64,000 bases of DNA, taken from Caldisericum sp. (GTDB taxonomy: Bacteria; Caldisericota; Caldisericia; Caldisericales; Caldisericaceae). Of this stretch, positions 45,653 through 54,239 are shown in pieces. Numbering within the stretch: position 1 is the stretch's first letter; each line of letters opens with the position of its first letter. The notes under the pieces were generated by a model. The model saw nothing but the letters and a program-made list of their open reading frames with translations, did no database searches and was not told the origin of the DNA. The stretch lies in assembly GCA_020692945.1 (NCBI GenBank), contig JAIMJY010000001.1:1-64000 (forward strand), in the 5' to 3' direction. The position numbers were made by a program, and so were the translations under genes.

Positions 45653-46742
45653 AAAATGTGAAAGTTATCGAATCGAAGACGTTAAAAATGCTTTCAAAGA
45701 GTTATTCACAGGCTTAGATAAAGACAAGATAAAAGACAAAAAAATTCTCATTTTCTTCGATTACCCTTTCCCTAATTACGTAATTTTAGATTATGTAATT
45801 AATTTTTTGAAAGAGGAGGGAGCTTCAAAGATCTCGGTTGGAACTTCTTTATTTATCGAACCTATTCCTCACGAACTTATGAATACCTTTTCTGAGAATA
45901 ACGTAGAATTTACAGATTTTAGGCAAAGCCAATACGAACGGCTTGATGTACCTTACAGAAAAAATAAACGCCCCGAACATTTTAGAGGTTTTGCTGTTAT
46001 GTCGCCTGTACAGTACGCGGAAGAAAAATCACTTGAAAAAATAGAACAAACGAATGTAAGGACAATGAAAAATGTCTTATTACCAGTGTCTCTGACTGAC
46101 AGCGATTTCGTTGTGCCAATAATAAAGATGAAGGACTCTCCTATTTTTAAAATAGGGGGTTTTGTGAATTCAATGTTGTATTTGGTGCCAACTATTACAC
46201 GCGGAGAAATTTTTGTAAATATGCTTGAGGCAAAACACATTGAATCTGTTCTCGAGATATTTAATATTTTTAGTGAGAGAACTTTATTTGGAATAGTAGA
46301 TGGAATAGAAGGGGATTTGTCGCAGAAGGAAGAATTAAATAGAATGCAGGTTTTGCTCTTTTCGACAGATCTACTTTCCCTTGATTCTCTTACGTCTGTG
46401 CTTATTGGATTTAGATCAAGTGAAATTGAAACTAACAAGGTGGGAGATGTTTTTGGTTTTGGGAAAGGGCTCTTACAAAATATTGAACTCTATGGAGACA
46501 ATTTCGAAAAGGTTAGAAAAGACATCGTAAAAAACCTTAAGTACGCTAATGAGATCGGGAAGAGACGATCGAATATACCCCACATTGCTAAGACTGACCC
46601 AACAAAAATAAAAAAGGCAATGGATTTTTGCCCGACGGGAGCAATTGAAGAAAAAGACGGGGAGTTCTCAATCAACAAGGACAAGTGCATCAAATGCAAC
46701 TTCTGTGTTCAAATCGCACATGAGATATTTAAACTAAAATAG
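45633..46742 (+). CDS. DUF362-family protein with C-terminal 4Fe-4S ferredoxin-type domain
   Basis: 369 aa. DUF362-like N-terminal block. C-terminal CPTGAIE ... CIKCNFCVQ cysteine clusters. Confidence 0.6.
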   Translation: MSSVGIKKCESYRIEDVKNAFKELFTGLDKDKIKDKKILIFFDYPFPNYVILDYVINFLKEEGASKISVGTSLFIEPIPHELMNTFSENNVEFTDFRQSQYERLDVPYRKNKRPEHFRGFAVMSPVQYAEEKSLEKIEQTNVRTMKNVLLPVSLTDSDFVVPIIKMKDSPIFKIGGFVNSMLYLVPTITRGEIFVNMLEAKHIESVLEIFNIFSERTLFGIVDGIEGDLSQKEELNRMQVLLFSTDLLSLDSLTSVLIGFRSSEIETNKVGDVFGFGKGLLQNIELYGDNFEKVRKDIVKNLKYANEIGKRRSNIPHIAKTDPTKIKKAMDFCPTGAIEEKDGEFSINKDKCIKCNFCVQIAHEIFKLK

Positions 46743-46773
46743 AAGCTTGAGGTCTTACGTAAAAAATCAGCTT

Positions 46774-46986
46774 CTAAGGAAGAATTACTCCTGATAAAAG
46801 AGGGTCGATAACAGGTGCAATTTCAAACAGAATTGAAATAATTAATGCCGAGAAGATTAGAGAAGAAGCAAGGGCAAATGCAATGAACTGTTTATTTTCT
46901 CCTTTCATGATCCGGTTTTTAAGAGCTTTTGGTATTTCAATCCCATCAGAGACTATTTGAAAGTAATCTTTAATTTTATTCTCCAC
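46774..46986 (-). CDS. Small single-TM protein (possible anti-sigma-factor-like partner), GTG start
   Basis: 70 aa with one hydrophobic helix. Overlaps the 3' end of the sigma region-4 fragment by 11 nt, the arrangement typical of ECF sigma / anti-sigma pairs. Confidence 0.35.
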   Translation of the reverse strand: MENKIKDYFQIVSDGIEIPKALKNRIMKGENKQFIAFALASSLIFSALIISILFEIAPVIDPLLSGVILP

Positions 46987-47134
46987 TGTCCATTTCCTCC
47001 TTCAATTTCCTTTTTGCATTAAAAAGCCTTGATTTCACAGTTCCTTCCGGAACATCGAGCACAAAAGCTATTTCTTTCTCGCTCATGCCTTTAAAGAATT
47101 TCAAATAAATTGCTTCGTAATCATCTCGCTCAAG
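46976..47134 (-). pseudogene. Remnant of an ECF/sigma-70 family sigma factor: only region 4 (HTH) is encoded
   Basis: Frame translation ERDDYEAIYLKFFKGMSEKEIAFVLDVPEGTVKSRLFNAKRKLKEEM is a textbook sigma region 4.2. An in-frame TAA lies immediately upstream, only about 45 nt separate it from the neighbouring permease gene, and the only RBS (AGGAGG) feeds a different frame that yields a 10 aa peptide. Confidence 0.55.
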
Positions 47135-47182
47135 TTACCTCCTGTATATTAGATACGTTGAGGAAGAAAAAGGTTCAAAAAT

Positions 47183-48454
47183 TTATCGATAAAAGAGTGC
47201 AAATAAAATTCCTGCAACTAAAATATTGATGAAGGTAATCGGGACAACTGCTTTTAAATAATCTTTCCACTCAACGTCAATGCCTGCCTTGGATAAGATT
47301 GAAAGGCCAACAACATTTGCAGAGGCACCAATCGGGGTGAAGTTTCCTCCTACGTCTGTTCCAAAGCTAACTATTAAGCCCATACCCAACAAGGAAACAA
47401 CGCCTGATGGAGACATTAATTTAACAACTGGCACCATTGATGCTGCAAACGGGACGTTATCGATAAAACCAGAAAGTATTCCCGAAGACCAAAGAAGAAT
47501 ACCCTTAGTTAGAATACTGCTTCCGTTTGAAAGATCTGTAATCGCTTTGCTAAGCGATGCAATCACACCAGTTTTTTCTAACGAACCAATTATGATAAAT
47601 AGAGTGGTAAAAAACATAAGCACTTCCCAATCAATTGATTCCCAGATATTTGCAACTCTTTTCCCGTTAAGCAAAAGCGCAAGTGATGCTCCCAAAAGAC
47701 CGGCATACGCAACTGGAAAATTCAGCTTTTCATGGAGAATAAGTAGAGTAATAGCCAAAATAAAACTTATTATGCCGGTTACCATCATGTAAAAGTCATT
47801 GACATGCTCGGAAGGATTCAAGCTTTTTAAGTACTCTTTATCGAGGCTTGCAGATTTTGCAAAACTTTTCTTATAGAAAAAAACAAAGTAAAGAGTGTTT
47901 AAAAGAAGTATCGTGATAGAGATAGGTGCAAGGTATCTAACGAACTGGTTCAGTGTAATTCCAAGACCAGTACCAAGAATGATATTAGGAGGATCGCCCA
48001 TGAGAGTTGCGCTTCCACCAATGTTTGCAGCGGTTATCTGAGACAAAACAAATGGAATCGGACTCATTTTCATTTTCTTGGCTGTTTGAACCGATAAAGC
48101 GCTCATGAATAGCAAAACTGTAATGCTGTCCATAAAAGCTGCAAGCAAGCCAGTAAATAAGGCGAAGGCGATAAGAATATTAATAGGTACACCTTTTGTG
48201 AATTTTAACACTTTCACGCTCAGAAAATCAAAAAATCCGCTATCGGTTAAGATTCTTACAAGGATGAACATTCCGAAGATAAGCCCGATTGCCTCCCAGT
48301 TGACTGATGAAACAATTTCTTTTGGCTCAAGGACTCCAAAGATTACGAGCAAAAAAGCTCCTACCAGTGAAACAATTGAGCGCGGCAATAGATTAAAAAT
48401 AATGAAGGCATAAACAATAACAAATATTAATAAAGAAATGATTTTAGGGCTCAT
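47183..48454 (-). CDS. ArsB/NhaD-superfamily permease (YbiR/citrate-transporter-like anion or Na+/H+ transporter)
   Basis: 423 aa polytopic membrane protein with the duplicated hairpin-loop pattern of this ion-transporter superfamily (GGSATLMGDPPNII ... GGNFTPIGASANVV). Confidence 0.7.
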   Translation of the reverse strand: MSPKIISLLIFVIVYAFIIFNLLPRSIVSLVGAFLLVIFGVLEPKEIVSSVNWEAIGLIFGMFILVRILTDSGFFDFLSVKVLKFTKGVPINILIAFALFTGLLAAFMDSITVLLFMSALSVQTAKKMKMSPIPFVLSQITAANIGGSATLMGDPPNIILGTGLGITLNQFVRYLAPISITILLLNTLYFVFFYKKSFAKSASLDKEYLKSLNPSEHVNDFYMMVTGIISFILAITLLILHEKLNFPVAYAGLLGASLALLLNGKRVANIWESIDWEVLMFFTTLFIIIGSLEKTGVIASLSKAITDLSNGSSILTKGILLWSSGILSGFIDNVPFAASMVPVVKLMSPSGVVSLLGMGLIVSFGTDVGGNFTPIGASANVVGLSILSKAGIDVEWKDYLKAVVPITFINILVAGILFALFYR

Positions 48455-48472
48455 AAGATGTCTCCTCTTAAA

Positions 48473-49276
48473 TTAGTCACAAACCAATAGGAAAGGTTTT
48501 GGAAGGAACGCGACTATGAGTTTAACATGAGGGTCAAGTGCAAAAGGATGGAATAAAAATCTTAACTTATAACTTTTTCTTGGTGAACCTCTACTCCCGA
48601 TAATTATATCTGTGTTTGAAGACTGAGAAATAACCGAAGAAACTTCTTTACCAGATTCTGCGAAGTCAAATGAAGCTTTTTTTTGATAATTTGCCAGAAT
48701 ATTTTCAACTCTTGTTTTAACTCTTTCTTTATCATCATTTAATATAAGGACGTCAACACTGGTATTCCATTTGCTTGCAACCTCGCCTGTTATTTGAGTT
48801 GCAAGCTCCGAGTATTTGCTGCCAGAAGTAGGATGCAGAATTTTTGGTTTAGATACAGGTTTCAAATCTTCACCAAGAAGCAATACTGGAATATTTGAGT
48901 GCATTATCATTGAAGCTGTAGTCTTTCCGAGTTTAATCTTATTTGCGCTCATTCCTGCATGCGTTTCCATTACTATGAGGTCGACACCTTGCCTCCTGGC
49001 AAACGAAAGAGTGTCACTCACGGGATCCCCTACTTCAATCTGAGTAGAGAATTTTAAGGATTTTGCTTCGAGGATTTCCGTAAGGCTCTCAAGAGTCTGT
49101 TGACTCAATTCATTCATTTCTTTGTAGACAACTTTTGTATAGTATCCCGCAAAAGAGCCAAGATTAATGATGCTAAATAGATAGTAAAAAGCTTCCGGAA
49201 ATAGGGTGGTCATGTATTCAATAACATCCTTCATAGCCTCAGAATTGTCAACAATTATAAGAATTTTCCTAAACAT
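48473..49276 (-). CDS. Universal stress protein, tandem UspA domains
   Basis: 267 aa with two Usp-like halves (ILIIVDNSE...; conserved G-x2-G-x9-G(S/T) in HAGMS/IIGSRGS blocks). Confidence 0.8.
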   Translation of the reverse strand: MFRKILIIVDNSEAMKDVIEYMTTLFPEAFYYLFSIINLGSFAGYYTKVVYKEMNELSQQTLESLTEILEAKSLKFSTQIEVGDPVSDTLSFARRQGVDLIVMETHAGMSANKIKLGKTTASMIMHSNIPVLLLGEDLKPVSKPKILHPTSGSKYSELATQITGEVASKWNTSVDVLILNDDKERVKTRVENILANYQKKASFDFAESGKEVSSVISQSSNTDIIIGSRGSPRKSYKLRFLFHPFALDPHVKLIVAFLPKPFLLVCD

Positions 49277-49394
49277 TTTTTTGCCTCCTTTGCATCGTGT
49301 TATTTTATCACAAATATAATGCTACTGCAACTAAAAACACTATTTGTTAAAAAAGTACTTTTATGATAACCTGTTACAAAAATAGGAGAATGTT

Positions 49395-50150
49395 ATGCTT
49401 AAGGTTAGAAAATTTCCGAGCGTTTTGCTTTCTATTTCTACCGTTGGTGTTGTCTTCGCTGTATTTGCGTTTTTTTCAAAAGGTAAATTACTTTTTGGCC
49501 TCGTTTCCCTCGCCATTTCTACAATCATTTACTTAGCTTATTTGCTTTCTTATGATTATAAAGCTTCCCATCTCATGCTAACAGCAAAGAAATATCTTGA
49601 TAAAGAAAATGCAGATAAGGCTGCTGATTGTATTTTGGAGTCCGCTCGATTGAATCCAGATGAAGAAAATCTTGTCAAAATATTCGGACATCAAAAGAAA
49701 AACTTAGATGCTTTTAGGCAAACTGCAGTCAAAATGTACAAGGAAATTGGTGCAAATGATACTCCTTTCGTTCGCTTTACAATTGCAAGTTTTTTCTATT
49801 TTGCTGGCGACCTGAAAAAGGCAAAAGAACTTTTGAATGAAGTTCCTGAGGAAAAGCGCACAATCAAAATGGTAAGACTTCTTGGTTCAACTCTTTTTGA
49901 TCTCAAAGATTACGACAAATCAATTGAAGCATTAAGTACTTATGATCCCCCGTACCTTCCAACAAATGAAGATGAACTTGCTGTAGTTTTCGGTTTAGGA
50001 ATTGCTTATCTTAGTAAAGGTGACAAAGATAAAGCATTTGAGTATCTCGTTAGGGTGGAAACAAGAAATTCCAAGTTTGGTAACGTTTCAAAAATCTTAG
50101 CAAGCATCGAAGACGAAACGGAGAAGGATAAATCAACTCACACTGCCTGA
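49395..50150 (+). CDS. Membrane-anchored TPR-repeat protein
   Basis: 251 aa with two N-terminal TM helices followed by TPR-like helical repeats. Confidence 0.55.
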   Translation: MLKVRKFPSVLLSISTVGVVFAVFAFFSKGKLLFGLVSLAISTIIYLAYLLSYDYKASHLMLTAKKYLDKENADKAADCILESARLNPDEENLVKIFGHQKKNLDAFRQTAVKMYKEIGANDTPFVRFTIASFFYFAGDLKKAKELLNEVPEEKRTIKMVRLLGSTLFDLKDYDKSIEALSTYDPPYLPTNEDELAVVFGLGIAYLSKGDKDKAFEYLVRVETRNSKFGNVSKILASIEDETEKDKSTHTA

Positions 50151-50193
50151 GCAAAGCTAAAGGCAAGGTCTTTTACTTGAAGGAAGATAAATT

Positions 50194-50235
50194 AAGGAGG
50201 CTGCTCATACACTGATAGCAGCCTCCTTAAGTAGT
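50194..50235. terminator. Bidirectional rho-independent terminator between convergent genes
   Basis: 12 bp perfect stem AAGGAGGCTGCT / AGCAGCCTCCTT with 11 nt loop, T-rich flanks on both strands. Confidence 0.6.
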
Positions 50236-50247
50236 TTTAAGAAATTA

Positions 50248-51444
50248 TCACTGATATCTTAATGCTTCAACGGGATTCAATCTTGATGCCCTTCTTGCAG
50301 GGTAAACCCCAAAGAAAACACCAATGAGAAGTGAAACTAAAAACCCAACAACTATCGAAGTGGGAGTTATGTGAGTAGGTATTACGCTCTCAGGAACAAG
50401 TTTTGACAACGTAACGCCAAAGATTATCCCAACAACCCCGCCAAACGCTGAAATAAATGAAGCTTCTATCAAAAACTGAGTTAAAATATCCCTGTTTTTT
50501 GCTCCTACCGCTTTTCTTATCCCTATTTCCCTTGTTCTTTCGGCAACTGATGCAAGCATTATGTTCATTATACCAATGCCTCCAACAATCAATGCTATAG
50601 ACCCAATTGCGGTAAGCGCCACGGTAAACGTGTCAGTAACCTGTTTTGCTAACTGGAGATACTGTTGCTCGCTTCTTATAGTAAAATTTTCCATGCCGTG
50701 AAGCTCCATAAGCATCCTTTTAAGTCTTGCCCCGAACAACTCGATCGAGGTTGTTGGAGGTGCTTTAGCGTATACAACTTGAAGGCTCCTCTTGTTAATA
50801 ATTGCCTGCATTGAAGTTACCGGAACAAAAACTGTCTGGTCGAGGTTCATTTGCCCGAATGCACCCTGAGATTCAAGCACTCCAATTACCGTAAACTTTG
50901 TATTTAAGAGCTTTACTGAGTTGCCTAATACTTTGCCTGATTTAAATAACTGCTGGTATGTTTCGTAACCTAGTATGCAAATGTTTCTATAATTTGCTAC
51001 GTCTTCAGTATTAAAACCTCTTCCTAACTGCAACTTGTAGTTTGAAACAAGCAAAATATCCTCATTTGAGCCCACAACAGTCGTAAAAATCTCCGTATTG
51101 CCATATTTTATTGTAGATGTAGCAGTGAGCTCTGGAGCAATTTTAGCATCTGGGATTTTCTTCTTAAGGTACTTTACATCATCATATGTAAGAGGTTTCC
51201 TCAGAGCGCTTTCGCCAATTGCAGCACTCATTAGAGTTGAGCCTTTCCCTGGCAAAATCAAAACCACATCGGATCCAAGCGACTGAATGCTTGATAAAAT
51301 GCTGTTCTGAGCACCGTAGCCGAAAGAAGTTATAAGTATGAGAGAAGAAACGCCAACAATAACTCCAAGCATTGATAGAAATGTCCTCATTTTGTTAAGC
51401 TTCATGGAGGTAAAAGCCATTTTAAGAATTCTGATAATTTTCAT
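50248..51444 (-). CDS. ABC transporter permease, MacB/FtsX family
   Basis: 398 aa with N-terminal TM, periplasmic MacB_PCD-like domain and C-terminal FtsX 3-TM bundle. Confidence 0.85.
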   Translation of the reverse strand: MKIIRILKMAFTSMKLNKMRTFLSMLGVIVGVSSLILITSFGYGAQNSILSSIQSLGSDVVLILPGKGSTLMSAAIGESALRKPLTYDDVKYLKKKIPDAKIAPELTATSTIKYGNTEIFTTVVGSNEDILLVSNYKLQLGRGFNTEDVANYRNICILGYETYQQLFKSGKVLGNSVKLLNTKFTVIGVLESQGAFGQMNLDQTVFVPVTSMQAIINKRSLQVVYAKAPPTTSIELFGARLKRMLMELHGMENFTIRSEQQYLQLAKQVTDTFTVALTAIGSIALIVGGIGIMNIMLASVAERTREIGIRKAVGAKNRDILTQFLIEASFISAFGGVVGIIFGVTLSKLVPESVIPTHITPTSIVVGFLVSLLIGVFFGVYPARRASRLNPVEALRYQ

Positions 51445-51446
51445 GA

Positions 51447-52163
51447 TTATTCTAAGGCCTCCTCTTCAAAACTTGAGTTATGCTCGTCGTCTTCAATACG
51501 CCCATCTTTAACTTTTATGATTCTTTGAGTAAAGCTCGCAATAAATGGATCATGCGTTACAATGACTTCAGTGACGCCACGGCTTTTGCTGAGCTCACGA
51601 AAAACTTTTATTATTTCAAGTCCAGTTTTTGAATCCAGGTCTCCTGTAGGCTCATCTGCAAGGATTATCAACGGGTCGTTTATGAGAGCACGCACTATTG
51701 CAACTCGTTGCATCTCTCCTCCGGAAAGTTGGTTAGGTACATGCCTTACTCTATCTTTCAAACCTACACTATCAAGAAGTTCAAGTGCTTTTCTTTCTGT
51801 TGCTTTTACGGAAGCATTAGGATTATAAACCGCTGGAAGCATAACATTCTCAAGCACCGTAAGGTTCTGCAATAGGTTAAATGTTTGAAATACAAATCCA
51901 ATTTTCTTGTTTCGTATTTCTGCAAGTTTGTCATCGTTAAGTCTTGAAACATCTGCTCCTTCAAGAAAATATTTTCCGCTCGTTGGCTTATCAAGGCACC
52001 CAAGGAGATGCATTAGCGTGGATTTTCCTGAGCCAGAGGCTCCCATTATGGAAACAAGTTCACCTGGCTTGATATTTAAAGAAACTCCCCTGACAGCCTC
52101 AACTTTAACTCCGCTGAGAAAATAAGTTTTTACTAAGCTTTCGGTACTTATAATGTCATTCAT
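51447..52163 (-). CDS. ABC transporter ATP-binding protein (MacB/LolD-type)
   Basis: 238 aa with Walker A GASGSGKST, signature LSGGEMQR and Walker B ILADEPTG. Confidence 0.9.
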   Translation of the reverse strand: MNDIISTESLVKTYFLSGVKVEAVRGVSLNIKPGELVSIMGASGSGKSTLMHLLGCLDKPTSGKYFLEGADVSRLNDDKLAEIRNKKIGFVFQTFNLLQNLTVLENVMLPAVYNPNASVKATERKALELLDSVGLKDRVRHVPNQLSGGEMQRVAIVRALINDPLIILADEPTGDLDSKTGLEIIKVFRELSKSRGVTEVIVTHDPFIASFTQRIIKVKDGRIEDDEHNSSFEEEALE

Positions 52164-52167
52164 ACTT

Positions 52168-54045
52168 TCATTTTCCTTGCCCAGAGAAAATACTTCTATT
52201 TATTGCAGTAAACCCGGAAGAGGCAACCTCAGCAATTTTATCGCCTTCATTTAAACCTGAAACAATTTCAACAAATTCGTCTGATGAAACTCCTGTGACA
52301 ACTTCAACTCTTTCAAAAATCTTTTCATCAAGCGTTAAATAGACAAACTTTTTTCCATTTTCTTCGAGGATAGCGTCAATGGGTATGCCTATTGCGTTAT
52401 CCTTCTCTTGGACGGTAATGTCAATGTTGACACTCAAACCACTTTTTAGGGAAATATTCGATGAATTTATAGCAGTCTGCACTTTATATGCTTGAACTCC
52501 TTGATTTGTAACCGTAGAAACGAAAGAAATGGATTTAACGCTTCCATTGATACTCTGCTCTGGTAAGGCATCAAAAGAGTACTGAACAGATTGCCCTGGT
52601 TTTATCTTCACTGTGTCAATCTCGTCAGAATAGGCCTCTGCAAAAAAATGCATTGTATTACCAATTATACAGATCACCGCGCCAGGAGAAACAATATCCC
52701 CCTCGCTCGGTTTGACCATAAGAACCGTACCATCAAACGGAGCTTTTATCGTGAATTTACTAAGAGTGTCATTTGCAACTTGAAGGTTTGCTTTTGACTG
52801 CTCTACTTGAAGTTCAGCTTGTATAACCTTATCGTCTCCAATGTCAAACTGCAATTTTGCGTTTGAAAGTGTTGCCTCAGCCTGAGAAACGCTATCTGAG
52901 GCCTGTTCAACCTGCAAATGCCTAATTTCTATCGTATCATTGCTTGTAGAAGCATTCTTATTCACCATATCAAGATTAGCCTTTGCAACCTCAAGTTGCG
53001 ATTCTGCTAAGTGTACCTGGTTCTCGAGTTGAATCTTCTGGACTGACTTAGTATTTTGAGCTTTAACTGCCTGGTTGTAGTTTTCCTGGGCAATTTGAAG
53101 TGAATTTTTGGCTTGTTCTACCTGGTTTTCGGCAGTATTTATTTGGTCGTCAGACGCAGGACCATTGATTATTTTCATCTTTTCCAAACTATTCGTTGCT
53201 ATCGTAACATTACTTTTAGCGATTTCCACCTGAGATTCGTAGATCGTTATTTCTTCCTCTGGTGTTTTTGGGTTGTTGGCAGCTTCGTTTAGCTTTTCCT
53301 CAGCAATTTTTTCGTTCTCTTTTGCCTGGTTGAGTTGCTCATTTGCAGTGCTTATATCCTGAGCGGTTGTTAGAGATTCCTTCATTCTTTTTAGGCTGAG
53401 CTGAGCAATTGCAAGAGAAAGTTCAGCATTTTTTTCCTGAAGTTCTGCAATCTTAACAGATTCGGGAGACGTATCGGTTTGATCAAAGGACTCGTAGTTG
53501 AGCCTGGCATTTGAGAGATTTATTTCGGCTTGTTTTACAGATTCTTCTGCTTGAGTTAACTGGCTGGAATGATTATCCGTTTTCTGAGTAATTTCCAAAT
53601 TTTTCCGTGCAATGGCTAACGACTCATTTGCATTTTTTAGTCCAGCTTCTGCCTGCAAAACCGCTGCGTTAGTATTGGACTTTTTTGTTATGTTTAAACT
53701 CTCTAAAGCAAGATTGTAGTTAATCTGCGCAATTTGATAATTGGAAGATGCCTGCGTAGAATCAATATAAAGTATAACATCGCCTTTTTTTACAGAAGTT
53801 CCATCCTTTTTATATATCTTTGAAACCTTTCCCTGCACTTCCGAGTAAACAGTAATCTCAGGATCAGTTTTTAATGTCCCTGTCAAGCTCACAACGTTTT
53901 GTATGTCCATCCTACCTACAGTATAAATTCCAGTTTGTTGAGAAGATGAAGAACTGTTGCATCCATAAAAAACTACAGTGCCAACAATCAAAATGGCTAA
54001 CAACAGCAATGTTTTTACTCTTCTGGAATCTGCAATCTTTTTCAT
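52168..54045 (-). CDS. Periplasmic adaptor (HlyD/MacA-type membrane fusion protein) with an unusually long coiled-coil
   Basis: 625 aa with N-terminal TM or lipobox region, roughly 350 aa of heptad-rich Q/A/E/N sequence and C-terminal beta-barrel/MPD domains. Confidence 0.75.
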   Translation of the reverse strand: MKKIADSRRVKTLLLLAILIVGTVVFYGCNSSSSSQQTGIYTVGRMDIQNVVSLTGTLKTDPEITVYSEVQGKVSKIYKKDGTSVKKGDVILYIDSTQASSNYQIAQINYNLALESLNITKKSNTNAAVLQAEAGLKNANESLAIARKNLEITQKTDNHSSQLTQAEESVKQAEINLSNARLNYESFDQTDTSPESVKIAELQEKNAELSLAIAQLSLKRMKESLTTAQDISTANEQLNQAKENEKIAEEKLNEAANNPKTPEEEITIYESQVEIAKSNVTIATNSLEKMKIINGPASDDQINTAENQVEQAKNSLQIAQENYNQAVKAQNTKSVQKIQLENQVHLAESQLEVAKANLDMVNKNASTSNDTIEIRHLQVEQASDSVSQAEATLSNAKLQFDIGDDKVIQAELQVEQSKANLQVANDTLSKFTIKAPFDGTVLMVKPSEGDIVSPGAVICIIGNTMHFFAEAYSDEIDTVKIKPGQSVQYSFDALPEQSINGSVKSISFVSTVTNQGVQAYKVQTAINSSNISLKSGLSVNIDITVQEKDNAIGIPIDAILEENGKKFVYLTLDEKIFERVEVVTGVSSDEFVEIVSGLNEGDKIAEVASSGFTAINRSIFSGQGK

Positions 54046-54135
54046 TTGCTCTTTACCTCCCTGTTATAATTAAAATCAGTTCTTTTAATCCCCTGGAATC
54101 CACTGATAAGGATCGTGGCTTTACTCTCTTCTTAC

Positions 54136-54236
54136 TTCTTTGTAATTGCTGCCTTTGCAATTTATCGCATTTCTTTTCAGCGATTCCAAAAGAATAAATC
54201 TGTTGAAAAAGAGTGCAGATTATAAAAGAATAAAGA
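54136..54236. repeat. Two or three dispersed-repeat units in mixed orientation between the efflux operon and the NHL-protein gene
   Basis: AATTGC-AAAGGCA-GCAATT-ACAAAGAAG (minus strand); ATCGC-ATTTCTTTTCA-GCGAT; AATCTGT-TGAAAAAGAGT-GCAGATT-ATAAAAGAATAAAG. Confidence 0.7.
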
Positions 54237-54239
54237 AAA

